A stretch of DNA of 31,892 bases from a virus (taxonomy: Duplodnaviria; Heunggongvirae; Uroviricota; Caudoviricetes), in the IMG/VR virus record IMGVR_UViG_2654587686_000018, positions 1-31,892 of that record; one strand, given 5' to 3'. The translations under genes were made by a program, and so were the position numbers. The notes beneath the pieces were generated by a model that had not been told where the DNA came from, searched no databases, and worked only from the letters and a program-made list of their open reading frames with translations. Shown piece by piece: positions 25,483 through 31,892 of the stretch (within the stretch, counting starts at the first letter, position 1; every line of letters begins with the position of its first letter).

Positions 25483-27185
25483 TGATGAAACCAGTTAAAC
25501 GCCTGTACCTTTCAACGGATGAAGTTCACCTGGCGGATGCCAGCCTGGTGCTGGAGCTGAACAGCTGCGGCCGGGGATTTATCACTGTACAGACAGCCAC
25601 GGATTACACCGGGAAACTGGTGCGGCTGGATGTGGGGTATTCCGATCTGCTTTTGCGCTGGTTTACTGGTTATGTGGAACGCTCACAACCCGCCGAAAAC
25701 GGTTTTCAGCGTCTGTTTGTGCGCGAGCTGGTCGGCGTGTTTGAAAGGATGTGGCCATGTTCATTTCAGCACCCCACTTTGCGCAAGGTAGCCAGCTGGC
25801 TGGAGGAAAACAGCGGAATTGCTGTCAGTGTGCCGGATGCCCCTTACAGCGATAAACCGATCCCCCATTTCACCCACAACGGCACAGGCTATCAGTTGCT
25901 GAATAATCTGGGCAGGGCGTTCAGTATCCCGGATTACATCTGGTACCAGCTGCCGGATGGTTCCCTGCATGTGGGCGGCGCGGAAAAAGCGATGTTTGCC
26001 GGTCGCCCGGTCGATATCCCGGCAGAGTTTAGCCTGGGGGCGGCTGGCGGTAATTCCATGACGCTGCCGGTGATCCAGAGTCTGCGGCCGGGTGTGGAGC
26101 TGAACGGGGAGCGTGTGACCAAAGTTCATCTGACCAATGACACAATGGCTGTTACCTGGACACCCAGAAACCGTGCAACAGGTCAGCCATTACAGAAAAC
26201 ACCTGCACAGCGCCAGATTGAAAGCAATTACCCGGAACTGGCTTCCGGGCTGCATCTGCCAAAACTGGCCAGAGTGGTGGCACCCAGCGAGGCTGTGAAA
26301 AGTGGTAATTTTGCCGATCCGTTCCGGCCGCGCTATGCCGTTGATGTGCAGCTGCTTGATGCAGACGGCAACCCGGACAACCAGACACCGGTTTATTCTG
26401 CGGTGCCGCTGCCGGTACCTATGGCCGGGAATGACTCTGGCATGTTCCAGTTCCCGCCAGAAGGGACGCTGGTTGAAGTGGCGTTTACCGGAGGTCGCCC
26501 GGATAAACCGTTTATCAGGCAGACGTTGCCAGATGGTACCAGTCTGCCGGATGTTAAACCCGGCGAGCAGCTGCAACAGCAACGGGCGGAAGTGTCGCAA
26601 CGTGTTACCCAGGCTGGCGATTGGGTACGGCAGACCGATCAGACCATCAGCGAAACATCGATGGCGCGGACGGTTAAAGCCGATACGGAACAGCGTGATT
26701 TGGTCAGCCGTGAAACCACGGTTAAAGCCACCGACAAAACCACGGTTCTGGGTACCGCCACCCTGTTGGCCGGTGCCATCCAGCAGGTCAGCGCCGGGGA
26801 TTTTAGCCAGGCCGTGAAGGGCAACAGACTGGCCAGCATTGAAGGCAATGACGAAACCGATATTTCCGGGAAACAGTCCACTAAGGTGGCCGGAGCCGTG
26901 GATGTTGATGTGGGGGGAACCCTGACTGAAAAGATTGCTGCATTACGTAAATCGGTGGCGGCGGGCGGTCAGCAGATTATGGGACCAACCGTCCATATTG
27001 GCAGTGAGAGCGTCAACACGCTGACTATGATGCTGGACACTATTGATTTACTGGCCGAGCTGGCGCAGCAGTGTGCGAGCCATTCACACCCCAGTGTTGG
27101 TACGCCAACCAATGCCGGGGCATTCACACAGACGGCGGAGAAGGCCGGACAGACCCGAAGTAAGTACCAGAAAATAATCGCCTGA
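25482..27185 (+). CDS. baseplate central spike protein (gpV / gp5 / VgrG-like OB fold) with C-terminal extension
   Basis: FPPEGTLVEVAFTGGRPDKPFI matches the spike OB-fold motif (FxPxxGxxVxVxFxxGxxDxPxI). C-terminal HSHP is reminiscent of the HxH tip of P2 gpV. Confidence 0.5.
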   Translation: MMKPVKRLYLSTDEVHLADASLVLELNSCGRGFITVQTATDYTGKLVRLDVGYSDLLLRWFTGYVERSQPAENGFQRLFVRELVGVFERMWPCSFQHPTLRKVASWLEENSGIAVSVPDAPYSDKPIPHFTHNGTGYQLLNNLGRAFSIPDYIWYQLPDGSLHVGGAEKAMFAGRPVDIPAEFSLGAAGGNSMTLPVIQSLRPGVELNGERVTKVHLTNDTMAVTWTPRNRATGQPLQKTPAQRQIESNYPELASGLHLPKLARVVAPSEAVKSGNFADPFRPRYAVDVQLLDADGNPDNQTPVYSAVPLPVPMAGNDSGMFQFPPEGTLVEVAFTGGRPDKPFIRQTLPDGTSLPDVKPGEQLQQQRAEVSQRVTQAGDWVRQTDQTISETSMARTVKADTEQRDLVSRETTVKATDKTTVLGTATLLAGAIQQVSAGDFSQAVKGNRLASIEGNDETDISGKQSTKVAGAVDVDVGGTLTEKIAALRKSVAAGGQQIMGPTVHIGSESVNTLTMMLDTIDLLAELAQQCASHSHPSVGTPTNAGAFTQTAEKAGQTRSKYQKIIA

Positions 27186-27196
27186 CCATCCCATCA

Positions 27197-27227
27197 GCCC
27201 GCGCATAATGCGGGCTTTGTCGTTTGC
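27197..27227 (+). terminator. intrinsic terminator after the tail operon
   Basis: GCCCGC / GCGGGC stem at 27197-27215 followed by a T-rich tract (TTTGTCGTTTG). Confidence 0.55.
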
Positions 27228-27290
27228 TCAGTTCCTTGTTAGGATTGTTGCGATAGGATTATTGCTGACTCAAAGGATAAGAAAAGGGAT

Positions 27291-27623
27291 ATGAAAAATT
27301 TCATTATGTTAGCTGTAGGCGCAGCAGTTTCATTCAATGTGTTAGCCGCTGAAGTTTTTACTGTGCCAACGGATACGAAGGCTAGCTATACGGTCTTAGA
27401 GAAGACGCGTACCGGTGATATGGCTACGATAACAACCAAGAGAGAGGGACCATCTGGAGTGTCATATTCTAAGCGCTTGTACGACTGTACGGCCTCGACG
27501 GTCAAGTATCTTGGAAGCGGTGACACTATAGAGCAAATGAATGGCTCAGCACCAGATCCAAATATGGCACCTATAATTGACCGTTCAATTGCATACTATG
27601 TTGGTCAGAAAGCCTGCCGATAA
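27291..27623 (+). CDS. moron: small secreted/periplasmic protein of unknown function (110 aa)
   Basis: Signal-peptide-like N-terminus MKNFIMLAVGAAVSFNVLA-AEV. Two cysteines in the mature part. AT-richer than the tail genes. Bracketed by two terminators. Confidence 0.6.
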   Translation: MKNFIMLAVGAAVSFNVLAAEVFTVPTDTKASYTVLEKTRTGDMATITTKREGPSGVSYSKRLYDCTASTVKYLGSGDTIEQMNGSAPDPNMAPIIDRSIAYYVGQKACR

Positions 27624-27665
27624 CCATAGCTTCATATCAGTTGATATAAATTGAGTATTCCGCTA

Positions 27666-27688
27666 ACCCGCATAATGCGGGTTTTTTT
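27666..27688 (+). terminator. intrinsic terminator after the moron
   Basis: ACCCGC-ATAAT-GCGGGT hairpin followed by TTTTTTT. Confidence 0.7.
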
Positions 27689-28191
27689 GTGCCTGTTAAC
27701 AGGCGGCACAGAACGCACACTGTACGCATTGCAATGCTCAGATACCACACGAGACACATCAATAGGATCAAGTGCACAGCGAAGCACTGACGGCTCTACA
27801 TGCTGACAAAAGAAATACTTCACAGACAAAAACGGCACTACACCGCACCCGCCTGCGGTTTCTGGATCGATAAAATTTTTCAGTTTTCTTTTCCTACAAA
27901 CCAGACCGCCGGACAGCGCCAGTTCTGGCTGATTGCGGGAAATCTCCAACTGAAAAAATTGAAAGGAATTTCAGTGATTTTCAGTAAAAAGGATCTCTCA
28001 AGAAATTGAAGGATTGTGTAAGTTACAGATAAATAATGGAAAAAATAATTTTAGATGATTGCTTGGATGCTAATAGCGCAGGGAATTATTTATAACGAAT
28101 AGCCCGCAGTGTTAAGCTGGGGGCGGGCTAGAGTATGCATGTTGGCATTTTACCTGCTGAAAAAATGAAGAATCTAACGTCGTAAATAAAA

Positions 28192-28554
28192 TTACTCTGT
28201 TTTAGGGCAGACTATTCCTTCTTGTCTCATTTTGGCTATAAAACCAACCCCATCCCCTGTAAGGTGACTTCCATCATCTTCCAGGATACCGTCATCTCTG
28301 CCGGCACTGAGTGGAGCGCTATAAATTTCCTTATGGAACAACAGGCAAGCTCTCCCAACACCTTGCTTTTTGCATTTATCAAGGCCTAAATTCGTAATGT
28401 GATACAGTACATAAGGTGGATGTGGAAGCTCAACCTCTCTAAACACAATGCTACCAACGGCCTTGCCATCAAGACGAACTTCAATTTCAAGGCCTGAGTG
28501 ATTAACTAGTTGATACTCAACACCTCTTTTTGATTCGAAAATAGAAGTTTCCAT
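28192..28554 (-). CDS. hypothetical protein, possibly a minimal GNAT-like fold (second gene of an AT-rich cassette)
   Basis: 120-aa ORF with SD GGGAG about 9 nt upstream. Segment KKQGVGRACLL resembles the acetyl-CoA-binding motif A (Q/R-x-x-G-x-G/A) of GNAT enzymes, but the protein is short for that fold. Confidence 0.5.
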   Translation of the reverse strand: METSIFESKRGVEYQLVNHSGLEIEVRLDGKAVGSIVFREVELPHPPYVLYHITNLGLDKCKKQGVGRACLLFHKEIYSAPLSAGRDDGILEDDGSHLTGDGVGFIAKMRQEGIVCPKTE

Positions 28555-28582
28555 ATCTTTTCTCCCTATATGTAAGATAAAT

Positions 28583-28981
28583 TTATTTCTCTTCGCACTC
28601 CTGCTTAGTTTTGTTATTGATAGATATTGCTGCGCATTTGTCTAGTAATAACATGCACTTATCAATATCATCTGCTTTTCTGAGTTTTACTCGTGTTACA
28701 CCTTGGTTGTTGTCAAGTGTGGAACATATCATTTCAATTTCTATGTCATTTCGATTGAATAATCCCATAATAGTTTTAGCTACCTCTCTGCTTTTTTCTA
28801 CAATATCAAACACTAAGGATAGCTTATCTGGTGCTTTTTCAGAAAAACAAAGCACTTTGCTCAGAGGCAAATTATTATGAGAAAAGTGTCCTTTGACTTC
28901 CTCTAGAAGTTCTTGGGAGGTGTAGATGGTGATTCCTGCGAATTGTCCTAGGTGGAGAGCATTTTGTCTTGTTCTGGTCAT
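28583..28981 (-). CDS. hypothetical protein (first gene of an AT-rich two-gene cassette)
   Basis: 132-aa ORF with SD AAGGA about 7 nt upstream; 28-bp gap to the downstream gene; no family recognised. Confidence 0.5.
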   Translation of the reverse strand: MTRTRQNALHLGQFAGITIYTSQELLEEVKGHFSHNNLPLSKVLCFSEKAPDKLSLVFDIVEKSREVAKTIMGLFNRNDIEIEMICSTLDNNQGVTRVKLRKADDIDKCMLLLDKCAAISINNKTKQECEEK

Positions 28982-29117
28982 GAAGAATCCTTGAACAAAT
29001 TGTTATCAAGATTTGTTATTGATGTCGGCAGAGAAAAATGTGTCGCCACTTTGCCGCCACAGGTTAGATTGAAGAGTTTTAACTATCTGATTTGTATAGG
29101 GGATGATAACAGGCAAC

Positions 29118-29160
29118 AAAAAACCCATCAACCTTGAACCGAAATGGCGGGGTTGATGGG
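29118..29160 (-). terminator. putative terminator downstream of ybjL
   Basis: 10-bp inverted repeat CCCATCAACC / GGTTGATGGG at 29124-29160 (long loop) with AAAAAA on the plus strand at 29118-29123 (U-run on the minus transcript). Confidence 0.35.
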
Positions 29161-29272
29161 CTCCACAAAATGGGGACATCAAAGAAAAGCAGTGGCACTA
29201 ATTAAGACTGATGCCCTGCGGAAAAGTTCTGCGGTTGTGCAAAAAAATTTCATTTTCAGGGCAACTTCAGTT

Positions 29273-30958
29273 TTATCCTAATCCTGGCCATACCATGACG
29301 ATGATTGTCCCTGCCAGCGTCAGCAGGACGTTGGCGATTGCATAGGTGCCCGCATAGCCCAGCGCCGGGATGTTACTGCGAGCTGTATCACTGATGATCT
29401 CCATTGCCGGCGCGCAGGTGCGTGCGCCCATCATTGCGCCGAACAACAGTGCGCGGTTCATTCGCAATACATAAGCACCGAACAAGAAACAGATAACCAC
29501 GGGCACCAGACTGACAATCAATCCGGCAATCAACATTTGACCGCCAATCGCGCCCAGGCCGTTATTAATACCGCTACCGGCGCTCAGACCAACGCCTGCC
29601 ATAAACACCATCAAGCCGAACTCTTTCACCATGCTTAATGCACCTTGCGGAATGTAACCGAAGGTCGGGTGGTTAGCACGCATAAAGCCCAGCATAATTC
29701 CGGCGAATAACAACCCGGCAGCGTTCCCCATGCCGAAACTGAATGTGCTGAACTGGAAGGTGATCATCCCGATCATCAGCCCAATAACAAAGAAGGCGCA
29801 GAATGCCAGCAGGTCAGTGACCTGGCTGTGAATCGAGATAAAGCCGATGCGATCGGCGATGGTTTTTACGCGGCGGGCATCGCCGCTGACTTGTAAAACG
29901 TCACCTTTGTTAAGCACGACGTTGTCATCTATCGGCATCTCAATCTGGCTACGAATGACGCGGTTAAGGAAGCAACCGTGATCGGTCAACTTCAGTTGTG
30001 CGAGACGTTTGCCCACGGCGTTATGGTTTTTAACGACCACTTCTTCAGTGACGATACGCATGTCGAGAAGGTCACGATCGAAAACTTCTTTGCCGTTACG
30101 GAAGCTGGGATCGAGTCGTGCGTGGGCGTCGGGATAGCCTACCAACGCTATTTCATCGCCCATTTGTAGCACAGCATCACCGTCTGGATTCGCCAGAATC
30201 CCGTTACGTCGAATACGTTCAATGTAGCAGCCAGTTTGTCGATAAATACCCAGTTCACGCAGATTTTTGCCGTCGGTCCAGGCCACCAGCTCCGGGCCGA
30301 CGCGGTAGGCGCGGATCACCGGTAAATAAACCTTACGGTTGGCATCAGTGTCCAGACCACGTTCGCGGGCGATTTGCTGGGCGCTGGTCTGTAAGTCCTG
30401 ATGCTGCAATTTCGGCAAGTAACGCGCACCAACAATCAAACTCACCAGACCGATTAAATAGGTTAAGGCATACCCGAGGCTCAGATTATCCAGTGCCAGT
30501 GAGAGCTGCCTGCTTTCCATGCCGGAATGACGCAGTGTATCGCCAGCACCGACCAGAACCGGTGTCGACGTCATAGAGCCAGCTAACATACCGGCCGTCA
30601 GGCCAATATCCCAGCCAAACAGCTTACCTAACCCTAAGGCGATCACCAGCGCACTGCCAACCATCACCAGTGCTAACATTAGGTAATTTTTCCCATCGCG
30701 AAAAAAAATGGAAAAAAAGTTCGGTCCGGCTTCGACCCCGACGCAGAAAATAAACAGCATAAAGCCAAGATTAAGCGCGTCGGTGTTAATGCTGAAATGT
30801 TGTTGGCCTAATAACAGCGATACGACTAAAACGCCAATGGAATTACCCAGTTGGATCGAACCAAGTCGTAATTTCCCGAGACATAGCCCAAGCGCGAGGA
30901 CCACAAATAATAACAGAATGTAATTCCCATTTAACAATTCGGCGACGTTTATATTCAC
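29273..30958 (-). CDS. ybjL: putative transport protein YbjL (AAE-family transporter)
   Basis: 561 aa; N-terminus [33 protein letters not shown] matches E. coli YbjL as I recall it; multiple membrane helices. Confidence 0.9.
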
Positions 30959-31227
30959 GGAGGCTAACTTCTTGTTTACTAGTAAGCTGTTGAAAGAAAT
31001 GGTAATTTACGATAATGTTTTTTACCAGAATTCAGGGCGCAGATTCATTCAGCGCACCTAAACGATAGTAAAGTAACAATATATTTTACTAGTGTAATCA
31101 CATTAGGTATCAACGGCTATATGAATTGCGTTGGCCTATATTAGCATGGAATGCGAAGCGGCTTTATCTTACTGAACGCCACACTGGCGAAAATTGTGTT
31201 CGATAGACGCAGTGTCAGGAGGAACGA

Positions 31228-31605
31228 GTGAAACATAAACAACGTTGGGCGGGGGCAATTTGCTGTTTTGTCCTCTTCATTGTGGTGTGTCTTTTTCTGG
31301 CGACGCACATGAAAGGCGCTTTTCGGGCTGCCGGGCATCCTGAAATCGGTTTGCTATTTTTCATTCTTCCTGGTGCAGTTGCCAGCTTCTTTTCACATCG
31401 TAGAGAAGTCCTGAAACCTCTGTTTGGCGCAATGCTGGCGGCACCCTGTTCGATGCTCATTATGCGGCTGTTTTTTTCACCGACGCGCTCATTCTGGCAA
31501 GAGCTGGCATGGTTATTAAGTGCGGTGTTCTGGTGTGCGCTGGGGGCATTGTGTTTCTTATTTATCAGTAGTTTGTTTAAACCACAGCACAGAAAAAATC
31601 AATAA
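31228..31605 (+). CDS. ybjM: inner membrane protein YbjM
   Basis: 125-aa hydrophobic protein MKHKQRWAGAICCFVLFIVV..., GTG start; conserved position between ybjL and grxA. Confidence 0.85.
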   Translation: MKHKQRWAGAICCFVLFIVVCLFLATHMKGAFRAAGHPEIGLLFFILPGAVASFFSHRREVLKPLFGAMLAAPCSMLIMRLFFSPTRSFWQELAWLLSAVFWCALGALCFLFISSLFKPQHRKNQ

Positions 31606-31606
31606 A

Positions 31607-31623
31607 GCCCTCAACGCGAGGGC
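31607..31623. terminator. hairpin between convergent ybjM and grxA
   Basis: GCCCTC-AACGC-GAGGGC stem-loop in the 29-bp gap between the two convergent stops. Confidence 0.45.
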
Positions 31624-31634
31624 TTGTCAGACGA

Positions 31635-31892
31635 TCAGGCGTCCAGATTCTCTTTCACCCATGCAGCAAAATCGGTATAGCCGCCGATATGTTGCTGATC
31701 GACAAAAATCTGCGGCACGGTTTCTACGGGTTTTCCTGCCTTTTGTTGTAGATCTTCTTTAGTGATCCCTTCCGCACGAATATCTACATACTGATACTGG
31801 AAATCATCGCGTTCATTGCTCAATTTCTCAGCCAGATCTTTTGCACGCCCACAGTAAGGGCAACCCGGACGACCAAAAATAACGGTTTGCAT
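31635..31892 (-). CDS. grxA: glutaredoxin 1
   Basis: 85 aa with the CPYC active site (MQTVIFGRPGCPYCGRAKDL); the start codon is the last three bases of the window. Confidence 0.9.
   Translation of the reverse strand: MQTVIFGRPGCPYCGRAKDLAEKLSNERDDFQYQYVDIRAEGITKEDLQQKAGKPVETVPQIFVDQQHIGGYTDFAAWVKENLDA

Larger units (their letters stand above)
1..27690. mobile_element. 186/P2-family prophage, partial (left end outside window; right boundary approximate)
   Basis: Contiguous phage gene set: CI/Apl/CII immunity genes, rolling-circle replication initiator, Ogr-like activator, portal, terminase, scaffold, capsid, lysis cassette, tape measure, baseplate, tail fibre. Host genes begin at about 29.2 kb. 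Confidence 0.85.

Noticed and set aside
27632-27949. 105-aa minus-strand ORF in the junction region
   Set aside because: Spans the moron terminator hairpin, has no SD and odd composition; more likely non-coding junction DNA.
28026-28085. 19-codon mini-ORF (MEKIILDDCLDANSAGNYL)
   Set aside because: Too short to support without conservation or expression evidence.
1-31892. CRISPR arrays, tRNA/rRNA genes, IS elements and an integrase
   Set aside because: No regularly spaced direct repeats, no tRNA-like T-loop or cloverleaf candidates, no terminal inverted repeats with a transposase, and no tyrosine recombinase ORF were found. The integrase is presumably left of the window.

Overview
Most of this window (about 1-27.7 kb) is a 186/P2-family temperate prophage read from its immunity region to the end of its tail genes; the left end, presumably with the integrase, lies outside the window. 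Early region: an AT-rich membrane-protein gene directly downstream of a 186-type CI repressor, then a rightward operon with Apl/Cox-like and CII-like regulators, four small unknown genes, an orphan Dam-type methyltransferase and a rolling-circle replication initiator. Between the replication gene and the head genes sit a LexA box in front of a small ORF (candidate SOS-inducible antirepressor) and an Ogr/Delta-type zinc-finger late activator. The head module is P2-like (portal and large terminase leftward; scaffold, major capsid, small terminase, head completion rightward). The tail module differs from the P2 order: sheath- and tube-like genes, an embedded lysis cassette, a chaperone with a -1 frameshift site, tape measure, baseplate and fibre genes, and a central-spike gene placed last. 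The right 4 kb holds a signal-peptide moron bracketed by twin terminators, a non-coding junction, an AT-rich two-gene cassette of unknown function, and E. coli-type host genes ybjL, ybjM and grxA. The three best candidates for undescribed biology are the two-gene cassette, the CI-linked membrane-protein gene and the moron. No tRNA, rRNA, CRISPR array or IS element was seen. All homology statements rest on recall of protein families, not on a database search.
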